From an uncultured Blautia sp. (GTDB taxonomy: Bacteria > Bacillota > Clostridia > Lachnospirales > Lachnospiraceae), in NCBI GenBank assembly GCA_900551075.1, contig URVB01000011.1, forward strand, positions 34,752-98,751: 64,000 bases of DNA, given 5' to 3'. Below, one piece after another: positions 1 through 8,604 of this stretch. How positions within the stretch are numbered: position 1 is the stretch's first letter; every line of letters starts with the position of its first letter. Below the pieces are notes generated by a model, which saw nothing but the letters and a program-made list of their open reading frames with translations, was not told where the DNA came from and ran no database searches. The translations under genes and the position numbers were made by a program.

Positions 1-369
1 GAAAATGTGCTGACCTTCCTTCGCTTGACCGGAAAGCCGGAAGAAACACTGCTGGCAGTTTGCAGCTTTTCCGAAACATCTCATGAAGGGTATCAGGTAG
101 GAGTTCCGTTTTACGGAAAATACAAGGAAATCTTCAACAGTGACCAGAAGAAATACGGCGGTGCAGGCAAGGTGAATCCAAGAGCCAAAACCAGCAGGCG
201 GGAAGAATGCGATGAACGGGAGTATTCTTTGAAGTTAAGACTGCCGGCTTTTGGCATCAGTGTATTTGCCTGTACGCCGGATAGGAAGCCTTTGAAAAAA
301 GCGGCAGAAAGGAAGCCTCAGGCCAAAAAGAACCGACAAAAAGAAGGCGCCGTTAAGAAAAAAAGTTAA
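1..369 (+). CDS. glgB: 1,4-alpha-glucan branching enzyme, C-terminal fragment (5' end off-window)
   Basis: The C-terminal block pattern (..YQVGVP..GKYKEIFNSD.KKYGG.G..N......E.DEREYSLKLRLPAFGISVF) matches the conserved GlgB C-terminus. The ORF is open to the window edge. GC is about 50 percent. Confidence 0.55.
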   Translation, partial: ENVLTFLRLTGKPEETLLAVCSFSETSHEGYQVGVPFYGKYKEIFNSDQKKYGGAGKVNPRAKTSRREECDEREYSLKLRLPAFGISVFACTPDRKPLKKAAERKPQAKKNRQKEGAVKKKS

Positions 370-397
370 GAAAAAAGAAAAATAAAAGAATTAAGGC

Positions 398-425
398 TTG
401 CATTTTTTTTAAAATGCGGTATAAT
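398..425 (+). promoter_or_regulatory. sigma-A-type promoter for tRNA-Thr (TTGCAT-16-TATAAT)
   Basis: TTGCAT at 398-403 and TATAAT at 420-425, about 20 nt upstream of the tRNA 5' end. Confidence 0.6.
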
Positions 426-445
426 ATCAGTTGTGTTCAGCACAA

Positions 446-518
446 GCTGGAATAGCTCAGTCGGTAGAGCACTTCACTCGTAATGAAGGGGTCGAGAGTT
501 CGAGTCTCTTTTCCAGCT
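446..518 (+). tRNA. tRNA-Thr (anticodon CGU)
   Basis: 73-nt cloverleaf. Acceptor stem GCTGGAA/TTCCAGC, D arm GCTC..GAGC, anticodon stem CTTCA/TGAAG with loop CTCGTAA (anticodon CGT), T arm GAGAG-TTCGAGT-CTCTT. No encoded CCA. Confidence 0.85.
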
Positions 519-529
519 TACGGCAGAGA

Positions 530-569
530 GCCGGGAATCCTTTATATAGGGATTCCCGGCTTGTTTTTG
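530..569 (+). terminator. rho-independent terminator after tRNA-Thr
   Basis: Perfect 11-bp stem GCCGGGAATCC/GGATTCCCGGC with a 9-nt loop, followed by TTGTTTTTGTTG. Confidence 0.8.
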
Positions 570-593
570 TTGCTTAAAGAAACCTGTTAAAGT

Positions 594-941
594 TTATTTA
601 CACTTAAACTTTGTTGGTTCTTCAATCAGGGATGCAACCTGGAATTCATGTTTGTGGCCGTCTTCCATAGTAGTGAAGTCTTTTGCGAAATGCACATGCT
701 TGCCGCCGCCCACATCAATAGCACCGGAAGATTTTCCGAAGAATTCATGAAAATGGCCATCGGCAAAGTCTGTGCGGAATTTTATCTCATGAAAATGATC
801 GTCTTTGCCCGGGATAGGCTTAGCTTCTCCGGATACCGTACAAAATCTATGGTTATGGCAGTCATTGCATTCCTGGAATACCCGGGTGATACCGGTAATT
901 TCGTGGACATGTTTCTGCTCATTACAGTTATGGTTATGCAT
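594..941 (-). CDS. YmaF-like histidine-rich small protein (putative metal-binding)
   Basis: 115-aa ORF with repeated HxH and H-F-H-E motifs (HNHNCNEQKHVHE, HFHEIKF, GHFHEFF, GHKHEF) reminiscent of the YmaF family. GC is mid-range, so this is a core gene. Confidence 0.4.
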   Translation of the reverse strand: MHNHNCNEQKHVHEITGITRVFQECNDCHNHRFCTVSGEAKPIPGKDDHFHEIKFRTDFADGHFHEFFGKSSGAIDVGGGKHVHFAKDFTTMEDGHKHEFQVASLIEEPTKFKCK

Positions 942-1101
942 GATAGAACTACTCCTTATTCTTTTTCTATATGGTATGCGGAAACAGAATAAAGGTTCAT
1001 TCAGGGAAAGGAGTTAGTCTCGCACAAAAAAGTACGCCGGGTTAAACGCACACCGAATAATTCAGTGGAAATCGGTGCACCCTATCCATGAGGTGATGAG
1101 C

Positions 1102-1248
1102 ATGGACAAGAGAAAATCAGAAAAGCAGCAGCGGAAGAAATCAAATGAAGAATTTAACAGTATCACGCAGAAAGTAAAGGTGGAAAACCAAAACCAGACA
1201 CATAATGTCCGGAAAGAAGGAATTGCTCCAATCAACCAGAAACGATGA
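1102..1248 (+). CDS. small hydrophilic basic protein (48 aa), minor-SASP-like
   Basis: Not in the ORF track because it is under 60 aa. ATG at 1102 is preceded by GAGGTG 6 nt upstream. Product MDKRKSEKQQRKKSNEEFNSITQKVKVENQNQTHNVRKEGIAPINQKR. Stop is followed by a perfect 7-bp hairpin GGCGGCC-TATTT-GGCCGCC (1249-1267). Confidence 0.3.
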   Translation: MDKRKSEKQQRKKSNEEFNSITQKVKVENQNQTHNVRKEGIAPINQKR

Positions 1249-1375
1249 GGCGGCCTATTTGGCCGCCTTTACCAGTGGAGGGAAAAGTATGGACAACAAG
1301 TGCAGCCGGAGCCAAGACGCAGGCAAAAGCGGCGGGAGTTGGTACTCAGTCCTATCTTTGCTGCTTAAAAGGTTA

Positions 1376-2671
1376 CTATGGTATCATGATCTTTACAATA
1401 AAAAAATTATGCTGTTCATAAATATCAATATGTCCATTATATTTTTGAACAATGCTAAAAATTTGTTGCATACCATAGCCGTGTTGTGTCTTATCCAATT
1501 TATTGCTGAGAAGAGGGCGATTATTATCTAAGACTGACTGGCATATTTTATTTCTGATTTCGAATATTTTGTAACCTGATAAACTATAGATTTCTGTTAT
1601 TATGTATCGATTTTGAATCTTTTCATTTCGTGAAGATTCTATGGCATTATCAAAGATATTTCCCAGTAAAGAACATAGGTCAAAATCTTCCATTGGTAAA
1701 TCAGTTATATCTTCAATATTTCCTAGAAATTTGATGTTACTCTCTCTTGATTGAGCAGCCTTAAGGTTAATTATATAATTAAGCATATTGTTAGATATGT
1801 GTATTTCTTCAGAGAACACTATCTTGCTGTTGCATATATTCTTAATATATTCAATTGCATTGTTGTATGTATGATTTTCTATGCAGTAAAGTATATGCAG
1901 AAGATGATTGTTTATATCGTGTTGTAGCCGCATTAATTTGTCATAATATTGTTTGGTGTCGCTTAATAAATCGTAATCAGATTTTCTCTTTTGACGAAAT
2001 AGTTCCAGTTCTGTTTCAATTTTAGCCTTATGACTCAATCTAGTATACGTATAGAATGCAATAAGGTTATTTACACAGAGGAAAAACATTAGAAACACAA
2101 TTACAATGTTTAGTTTTAGTGGTGGCTTATCAATTAATAGGTTCATACACATGCATATTGCGAATGTACTCATAAGACCAATTAATACCACCCACTTTAT
2201 ATTACTGGTATAGTTTTTGTTTTCATAGTGATCAGCTATATAAATATAAATTGTTATAAGCATAACTAAAGTTATTTTGGATAATATACACATGGCCATA
2301 TATTCCGGAGTGAATTCTTGAAGCAATTCAGGAATGTGCTTTTTTTTAACCAGATAAAATAAATTATATATCAATATATGATTTAGCATGAGAGTCTCGT
2401 AATATAATATACATGAAAAAAAACATCGTAATTTAGAAATTTTACAAAATCCCCAATATTGCATAATAATAAAAGATACGGCCATACATAATAAAATAGA
2501 AAATAATTTAAACCTCTTATTAATAAATAACGTTATACAAGTTAAAAAAATAGACAATAGGGTTAATCCCATTTTCTTTTCTGATACTCTGTAACCATTA
2601 AATTTTGCAAAAAATATTGAAGCAAGAATAGAATCATATAATGTTAAAAAGAAACGAAAAATACTGTACAT
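1376..2671 (-). CDS. AgrC/HPK10-type sensor histidine kinase (polytopic membrane N-domain plus GHKL ATPase)
   Basis: N-terminal 250 aa are hydrophobic with multiple TM helices. H-box RLQHDINNHL, N-box GNIFDNAIESS, G-box GYGMQQ. About 430 aa as in AgrC-like kinases. GC is very low. Confidence 0.75.
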   Translation of the reverse strand: MYSIFRFFLTLYDSILASIFFAKFNGYRVSEKKMGLTLLSIFLTCITLFINKRFKLFSILLCMAVSFIIMQYWGFCKISKLRCFFSCILYYETLMLNHILIYNLFYLVKKKHIPELLQEFTPEYMAMCILSKITLVMLITIYIYIADHYENKNYTSNIKWVVLIGLMSTFAICMCMNLLIDKPPLKLNIVIVFLMFFLCVNNLIAFYTYTRLSHKAKIETELELFRQKRKSDYDLLSDTKQYYDKLMRLQHDINNHLLHILYCIENHTYNNAIEYIKNICNSKIVFSEEIHISNNMLNYIINLKAAQSRESNIKFLGNIEDITDLPMEDFDLCSLLGNIFDNAIESSRNEKIQNRYIITEIYSLSGYKIFEIRNKICQSVLDNNRPLLSNKLDKTQHGYGMQQIFSIVQKYNGHIDIYEQHNFFIVKIMIP

Positions 2672-2724
2672 TGCAAATTACCCCTATCTGTATTTTTAAA
2701 TACTGTAATAATTAAGTGTTTTAT

Positions 2725-3438
2725 TTAATGTAAAGATATTTTATATTCGTCAACCAAACTTTTAATTTTATTCCGGCTAACGGGCAAATAAATTTGAGTA
2801 TTATTATACATAACCTTTACCTCAAGTTTTTTGGTGTCAATTTTGTATATATATCTTATGCTTAATAAAATACCACTATGTATTCGAAAAAAACCTTTAC
2901 ATGATAAATCTTTTTCAACAGATTTTAATGTCGCTCTGAAAGTGTTTTCGCCATGTATTGTAACAACTCTGATATTATTATGCTGAGATTCAAAATATAC
3001 GATGTCGCTCACCTTTATGCTGTAAGTAAGTTGTGAGCCGGCATTGATAACATATTTTTCCTTATTGTTTTCTATTTTTTTTATAGCACTTGTTAAGGCT
3101 TCATCTAATTCGTCAATATGTGATTTACGAATAAATCTAAATGGATGATGCTTAAACGACTCGTAAACATACATATCAATGTTGGTTATAAAAATGACGA
3201 TAATTTTATTATTATGTTTAATAAGGTTGTCTACAAAATTAAAACCATTTATTTCCGGCATTTTTATATCGATTACAAGTATATCGACTTCAGTAGTGAC
3301 ACAATAGTCCATCAGCTTATTTGAAGAACTGGTGCTAAAACATTTGAATTTTATTCTTTGATGCAAAAAGTCTTTAACTTTAGTCACAATGAACTGTAAA
3401 ATGACTGGATCATCATCGCAAATTGCAATGTTTATCAT
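2725..3438 (-). CDS. LytTR/AgrA-family response regulator
   Basis: N-terminal receiver (MINIAICDDD, DIKMP). C-terminal LytTR DNA-binding domain (FESQHNNIRVVTIHGENTFRATLKSVEKDL, FFRIHSGILLSIRYI). Confidence 0.8.
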   Translation of the reverse strand: MINIAICDDDPVILQFIVTKVKDFLHQRIKFKCFSTSSSNKLMDYCVTTEVDILVIDIKMPEINGFNFVDNLIKHNNKIIVIFITNIDMYVYESFKHHPFRFIRKSHIDELDEALTSAIKKIENNKEKYVINAGSQLTYSIKVSDIVYFESQHNNIRVVTIHGENTFRATLKSVEKDLSCKGFFRIHSGILLSIRYIYKIDTKKLEVKVMYNNTQIYLPVSRNKIKSLVDEYKISLH

Positions 3439-3529
3439 TTTTTTTCACCCCATTTCAATTGCCTAATCTCTTAGGATTATGAGTCTTTAATTTACGAGAA
3501 GTTTAGAATTTCTTGTTAATAAAAGTCTT

Positions 3530-3895
3530 TCATTTTTTGGAATAAAACTTTCCTTGGTTTTCTAATCTAAAATAGTAATCCAGGTTTAATTTAACTGCTG
3601 CTTTATGCTCATCGCTAAGGCTTCTATATTTTAAAATAATAGAATCATAATCATGGATATCTTTAATAATAAAATTTTCTTTTTGATTTGGTGTTAAATC
3701 ATTAGAAGTTTTGTCTAAAAGATAGTCCATACTTACGCAAAAGAGTTTTGACATATCTTGTAGAAGAAAAGGAGATATTTCACATTTATTGTTTTCAATT
3801 CTGCTAATACAAGCTTGTGAGGTATGTAATAATACTGCTAAATCTTTTTGACTTAGGTTTCTGCTTTTACGCAAATTTCTTATGACTTGACTCAT
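3530..3895 (-). CDS. XRE-family helix-turn-helix transcriptional regulator
   Basis: N-terminal HTH LSQKDLAVLLHTSQACISRIENNK. Heads the XRE-RR-HK operon on the minus strand. Confidence 0.7.
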   Translation of the reverse strand: MSQVIRNLRKSRNLSQKDLAVLLHTSQACISRIENNKCEISPFLLQDMSKLFCVSMDYLLDKTSNDLTPNQKENFIIKDIHDYDSIILKYRSLSDEHKAAVKLNLDYYFRLENQGKFYSKK

Positions 3896-3976
3896 TAGGT
3901 TCTCCTTTCAATTTTAGTGGAGATAACATAATAATTTTACCCTAATAAATAAAGAGGGCTTATGCAGTATTGAATA

Positions 3977-3988
3977 TTCGTATACGAA
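3977..3988. promoter_or_regulatory. perfect 12-bp palindrome TTCGTATACGAA, candidate operator of the XRE regulator
   Basis: Located about 80 bp upstream of the minus-strand XRE start, in the divergent intergenic region. A second AATATTCG half-site lies about 43 bp away (4016-4023). Confidence 0.3.
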
Positions 3989-4377
3989 AGTGAATAATAG
4001 CCTCTGATTTGATGTAATATTCGAAAGAATAGCTTTATGTGCTGAAAAATAAGCATTGGAAATCGTCCAAGTCAGTCATTTACTTGGAGTCCCTATTGTC
4101 TGCTTTCCTGCATTTGATAGATTTTGTATTTTGAGGACATGTAAAACATATATTGATACGGGCTTCAGGATAATTTCCTTTAGGTAGTGAGGTTCTTACT
4201 TTTTCCAATACACTTATTTTGGAGTTCGGTTGCCGCCAGGCATTTTTTTGATTTAGGGTGTTGGTGTTTATCTCTGGTTCGGTTTCTCTGACAGGTTAAA
4301 CCGGTCGCTGCAGGTATATCTGAGGCAATACCCTCATTTTGTTTTGGTATGAAGCATTTATATATTGAATTCGTGCA

Positions 4378-4425
4378 ATTATCCCATAAAACTGCATATT
4401 ATCCCCAAAAACTGCATATTATCCC
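4378..4425 (+). repeat. three phased direct repeats (ATTATCCC core, 20-bp period), candidate LytTR-regulator binding box
   Basis: The 18-mer AAAACTGCATATTATCCC is identical at 4388-4405 and 4408-4425. A partial third copy TGCAATTATCCC sits at 4374-4385. The box ends 7 bp before a TTGACA hexamer. The layout mirrors AgrA/LytTR boxes, which are direct repeats at about 21-bp phasing abutting the -35. Confidence 0.55.
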
Positions 4426-4432
4426 ATAATTA

Positions 4433-4460
4433 TTGACATGAATTTCTCCATGATTATTAT
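4433..4460 (+). promoter_or_regulatory. promoter of the biosynthetic operon (TTGACA-16-TATTAT)
   Basis: TTGACA at 4433-4438 and TATTAT at 4455-4460, immediately downstream of the direct-repeat box and about 110-195 bp upstream of the first plus-strand gene. Confidence 0.5.
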
Positions 4461-4568
4461 CTTAGTAAGAATACCTATTGAATCAGGAATAGAAGGCTAT
4501 TGTAGAAATGTTTAAAATCCATAGTTTGTACAAATGTTTCAGATAATGGTCATAAAAGTGCAGATTTA

Positions 4569-5399
4569 GTGAACATCAAGTCTATAACGGTTCTAACGAA
4601 AGATACGCAGGGGATTTATGTCCTGTCGGTGCCTTTGGCAGAAAGGGATAAAGATATGTATTACATAGCAATTTGTGATGACGATTTGAATTTTATAGCA
4701 TATATAAAAAAAATGATTATTAAAACAGGAATTGCAAAAGTTAAAGTAAAATTTTACGAGTATTCTTCCGGTGAAGAATTGGTTGCTAACCTGGAGCATA
4801 TGCTACGCTGCGATTTATTATTATTAGATATGAAGATGAAGCAGTTAGATGGGAATGAAACAGCGAAGCAGTTTCGTCGTATTTATCCAACTGCGATTTT
4901 GGTATTTTGTTCTGGTTATTATCTCCCTACAATACGGTGCTTTGAGGTACGACCTTTCCGTTATCTTCTCAAAAATTTTACAAATAAACAGCTATTGATT
5001 GAGATGAAAACAATTGTTAAGGAAATGATTGCACATGTATCAGAGCCTTTTATTATTGGCAGTTACTATCATAATATTATAAGACTTAAGCCTTCTGATA
5101 TACTATATATAGAAATAGCAAAAAGAGGAAGCCGAATACATATATACCCGGATATGTTAGAACATGATTTTGAACAAAAAATTATAGCAAAAGAAAAAGT
5201 TGCTGATTTATACGAACAGTTAAAAGCATTTGGTTTTGCTTATGCTCATAACAGTTATATAGTAAATTTGAAATATATTGTGAAATTAACGCCTACTGAA
5301 TTGCAGTTACAGGATGGTACGGTTTTATCCGTTTCCCGATCCAAGACAAAAAGATTAAAACAAGAATTTATAGAAGCATTGGATAAGAAATATAAATAG
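4569..5399 (+). CDS. LytTR-family response regulator (second copy, heads the biosynthetic operon)
   Basis: Receiver domain (YYIAICDDD, LLLLDMKM) plus LytTR domain (FIIGSYYHNIIRLKPSDILYIEIAKRGSRIHIY, AYAHNSYIVNLKYI). The ORF-track start is GTG at 4569. ATG at 4656 (MYYIAICDDD, preceded by AGGGA) is the more likely start. Confidence 0.7.
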   Translation: MNIKSITVLTKDTQGIYVLSVPLAERDKDMYYIAICDDDLNFIAYIKKMIIKTGIAKVKVKFYEYSSGEELVANLEHMLRCDLLLLDMKMKQLDGNETAKQFRRIYPTAILVFCSGYYLPTIRCFEVRPFRYLLKNFTNKQLLIEMKTIVKEMIAHVSEPFIIGSYYHNIIRLKPSDILYIEIAKRGSRIHIYPDMLEHDFEQKIIAKEKVADLYEQLKAFGFAYAHNSYIVNLKYIVKLTPTELQLQDGTVLSVSRSKTKRLKQEFIEALDKKYK

Positions 5400-5585
5400 G
5401 GAAAAGCATGAATATATCAAGATTAATAAAATATTACTGCAACAAAGGATTGTTATAAAACAGAAAAATAAAGAATTAAAATATACTGCAAAAACGTCTC
5501 AAAAAAATACAGAATTTTCCCAATATATTGCATGTTAAAATAAATGGTAATAAGATGAGTTAAAAATAAATGGAGGTGTCTAGTT

Positions 5586-5855
5586 TTGAAAAAAACAGAG
5601 GTTATTGAAAAATTAAAAAAAATCATAGCAAAAAGTATGGAATTGGAAAGTGACGGCAACGAGATAGAGGGAAGTGATCTTATATTAGAATTAGGAATAA
5701 ACTCTGTAGATGCACTTGAAATACTCATATGGGTAGAAAATGAATTTGGTATCCAGATAGAGGATGAAGACTTAAACGCAGATCTTATTACTTCGCTTGA
5801 TAATCTTTCGAATTATGTTCTTTCAAAAATGGAAGATATGAAGAAAAGTAATTGA
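5586..5855 (+). CDS. acyl/peptidyl carrier protein
   Basis: 89 aa, acidic, with phosphopantetheine-attachment motif LGINSVDALEIL. TTG start with GGAGGTG 8 nt upstream. Confidence 0.7.
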   Translation: MKKTEVIEKLKKIIAKSMELESDGNEIEGSDLILELGINSVDALEILIWVENEFGIQIEDEDLNADLITSLDNLSNYVLSKMEDMKKSN

Positions 5856-5864
5856 GGTGCGGAT

Positions 5865-6785
5865 GTGAATGTGAGTCTGATCATACCTACTTATAATAAA
5901 AAGACCCGCCTGGCAATTATGCTGCAGTCGATTCGCAGGTTGAAATATGATAAGGACCTGGAAATAATTATAGTAAATGATGGCTCAAATGATGGTACGC
6001 AAAAGCTTGTGGAGGATTTTTGCCAGAATGTAAAATTAGGAGATGGAATGCATATAAAGTTGATTAGCACATCTAATCAGGGCAGATCGAAGGCAAGAAA
6101 TGTAGGAATAAAAGTGGCTGGTGGAGAATTGCTCATATTTACGGATGATGATCTTATCTTGAGCGACACTTTTGTTATAAATCATGTAAAAGAACATTTG
6201 GCATTGGACACTGCAGTTGTACATGGTCAAATATTAAGCCTTCCACAACTCAAATTTTTGGAGAATCCTGCCACAGGCCAGCAGTATGACGGAACATTGG
6301 CAAGTGAAAGAATGAGGCAATATTGTATTACACCGGATATGTTTGGTGAAGGGAGTATTCATCATTATCTTCAACATAATTCCAGAATCGGTAAATTTGA
6401 GAAGGATATAAGAGCGCTGTTTGAGCATACATCTGTTCATGATTCTTATATCCGTTGGATCGGGTTTACGGGGGGAAATGTATCCATAAGGAAGAAAAAT
6501 ATACCCATGGGTAATCTGTTCGATCCCGCGATGGGGAAAATTTGGGGATGTGAGGATTTGGAAGCTGGGTACCGTTTATTTCTAAATGGTATGAAATTTC
6601 TGTATGCACCTGCAGCCTGTAATTACCATATGAATCATTTCAGGGAGACATCTGTCAGTGAACATCGAGCTTCATTTAAATATTTTTATGACAAGCATAG
6701 AAACAAGGCAATAAAACAACTGGAAAAATATTTTGACAAAGATATTTCCACTTTGCTGGAATGGAAAAAGAGTTTAAATGAATGA
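5865..6785 (+). CDS. family-2 glycosyltransferase
   Basis: N-terminal GT-A signature LIIPTYNK...LEIIIVNDGSNDGT and a DXD-type motif (TDDDLI). Confidence 0.75.
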   Translation: MNVSLIIPTYNKKTRLAIMLQSIRRLKYDKDLEIIIVNDGSNDGTQKLVEDFCQNVKLGDGMHIKLISTSNQGRSKARNVGIKVAGGELLIFTDDDLILSDTFVINHVKEHLALDTAVVHGQILSLPQLKFLENPATGQQYDGTLASERMRQYCITPDMFGEGSIHHYLQHNSRIGKFEKDIRALFEHTSVHDSYIRWIGFTGGNVSIRKKNIPMGNLFDPAMGKIWGCEDLEAGYRLFLNGMKFLYAPAACNYHMNHFRETSVSEHRASFKYFYDKHRNKAIKQLEKYFDKDISTLLEWKKSLNE

Positions 6786-7593
6786 AAATATAATCATACA
6801 AAAGACAAGCGTTGAAGAAATACCTATCTTGTTTGTAAGACAAGATAATGCCGAAAGGAAAGAGGCTATTTTTGTACTTCATAAATTGTTATGTGATAAG
6901 ACCAGCGAATTGCCTTTGGCCTATGAATTGGCAAAAGAGGGCTATTTCGTAATTATTATGGATATCATGGGACATGGAGAAAGGAATACGCTTAAAGAGC
7001 ATAAGTACGATTTTCAAAATATGTTTTATGATGTGCGAAAGACAGTTGAAGATATAGGGAAAGTACTTCAGTATATACGGGATTCTGGTGAGAAGAAAAT
7101 TTCTTTAAACCATACAGGCGTAGTTGGTACATCTTTTGGTGCTTCAATTGCATTAATCGCAGGATATATGCTGAAGGAAATAAGTTATGTAGCCTGCCTT
7201 ATTGGTACATGTAATTTAAGGTACATCATAGAAAATAGAACTTTATGTGTATTCCGTCCGTTTTCACTTTCAAAAAATGTAATTGATTATGATAAAGTCA
7301 TTGATGAAATGGAAGAATTGGACTGCTTAAAAAATTACAATTCCGATAATCTAAAGCCGATGCTATTTCTGGACGGGAAGATAGATATGACAATTCCATA
7401 TAAGGAAAAAACTGAGTTTTACAGGGAACTTGAATCTATATTTTTGAAAGCTGGCAGAAAGGAGGATATCACATATCAATTTTATTCCAATACGGGACAT
7501 AAATTAAATGATGATATGATACATACCTTATTAGTATGGCTTAGGCATTTAAAACGGAATGTATCGGCAGAAAGGAAGTTTGAGAAGGATTGA
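6778..7593 (+). CDS. alpha/beta-hydrolase fold protein (possible thioesterase/esterase)
   Basis: GxSxG nucleophile elbow GTSFGAS, 271 aa, start overlaps the preceding gene. Confidence 0.6.
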   Translation: MNENIIIQKTSVEEIPILFVRQDNAERKEAIFVLHKLLCDKTSELPLAYELAKEGYFVIIMDIMGHGERNTLKEHKYDFQNMFYDVRKTVEDIGKVLQYIRDSGEKKISLNHTGVVGTSFGASIALIAGYMLKEISYVACLIGTCNLRYIIENRTLCVFRPFSLSKNVIDYDKVIDEMEELDCLKNYNSDNLKPMLFLDGKIDMTIPYKEKTEFYRELESIFLKAGRKEDITYQFYSNTGHKLNDDMIHTLLVWLRHLKRNVSAERKFEKD

Positions 7594-8579
7594 ATGAATC
7601 AACAAAGCTATTGACATTAATAAATGGATATAAAATATCAAATGCTTTCTTCTTGGCGGTTGAACATGGTTTGTTTGATTTTATAGATGGAAAAACGGAT
7701 CTATATGAAATTGCCGACCTCACAGAAACAGATGCAAGAGCACTGGAAATTATGTTGAGATTATTCGCTACCCTAGACCTGATTGAAGAGAAGCAGCCAT
7801 ACCGTTATAGTTTGAAAGAAGAGTATAAGAAGTTCCTGAAAAGTGATTCTATAAACAGTTATGTACCGTTGATCAAGTTGGAAAATTATTTATCTGAATT
7901 CCATACAAGTAAAAAAGCAATGGAACATTCCTTAGTTACAGGTACCGGGGAAGACTTATTTAATGAAAACAGCAAAGAAAATAAAGTTGGCATCTATGGA
8001 CAGGCCATGGACAATGGAGGAAGGTTTTCCTCTATGTGTATAGCGAGAGAGTTCCTTGGCTTAAAAGGCGGAAGGATATTGGATGTCGGGGGCGGTGTGG
8101 GAACCAACGTTATTCAGTTATGTAAGATGAATAAAACAGTTGATGTAGTCATCCTAGAGAAAAAAGAGATGGAGGATGCGTGTGTAAGTAATATCCATAA
8201 AAATAATCTGAATAACCGCATTCAGTTTAGAGAAGCTGATTTGAGAACTGTTACTATAGAAGGCCAGTATAAGGGAATTATTGTATCAAATATTCTGCAC
8301 CTGTTTAATGAAACTACCAATAAGCAATTATTAATGAAATTGGCATCCTGTTTGGAGAAGGATGGAATAATCGTATTTCATGACTTTTTTGTTGGGGGTG
8401 GTTTTTCACAGAAATTCATAGCTTCGATTTACTCGTTAGATTGGCTGATGCATGGTTCATATTTCTGCCTTCGTCCAGATGAATTGAAGTTATTGGTAGA
8501 ATCATACGGATTGAAAGTTGTAAAAAACAGGTATTATGAGAACATTCCAACTTCAATCATTGTAGCAAAAAAACCGTAG
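7590..8579 (+). CDS. class I SAM-dependent O-methyltransferase with N-terminal dimerisation domain
   Basis: Motif I ILDVGGGVGTN. N-terminal winged-helix-like dimerisation region typical of small-molecule O-MTs. ATGA start/stop overlap with the upstream gene. Confidence 0.7.
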   Translation: MNESTKLLTLINGYKISNAFFLAVEHGLFDFIDGKTDLYEIADLTETDARALEIMLRLFATLDLIEEKQPYRYSLKEEYKKFLKSDSINSYVPLIKLENYLSEFHTSKKAMEHSLVTGTGEDLFNENSKENKVGIYGQAMDNGGRFSSMCIAREFLGLKGGRILDVGGGVGTNVIQLCKMNKTVDVVILEKKEMEDACVSNIHKNNLNNRIQFREADLRTVTIEGQYKGIIVSNILHLFNETTNKQLLMKLASCLEKDGIIVFHDFFVGGGFSQKFIASIYSLDWLMHGSYFCLRPDELKLLVESYGLKVVKNRYYENIPTSIIVAKKP

Positions 8580-8604
8580 CATAATAGATAATGGATGGAA
8601 CAAT

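Noticed and set aside
1205-1531. 108-aa plus-strand ORF spanning the GC to AT transition and overlapping the histidine kinase 3' end
   Set aside because: No RBS. It straddles a compositional boundary and overlaps a convincing minus-strand gene. The region 1268-1375 may instead be a remnant of a disrupted core gene.
4378-4425. Possibility that the tandem repeats are a CRISPR array
   Set aside because: Only two to three copies. The 20-bp period leaves no spacer-sized unique inserts. No cas genes. Position next to a -35 favours a regulator-binding box.
4593-5728. Small antisense ORFs in AT-rich DNA (4593-4799 minus, 5453-5728 minus) and similar ones elsewhere in the island
   Set aside because: Low-complexity Ile/Phe/Asn/Lys-rich translations are typical of AT-rich non-coding frames. 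They overlap better-supported genes.
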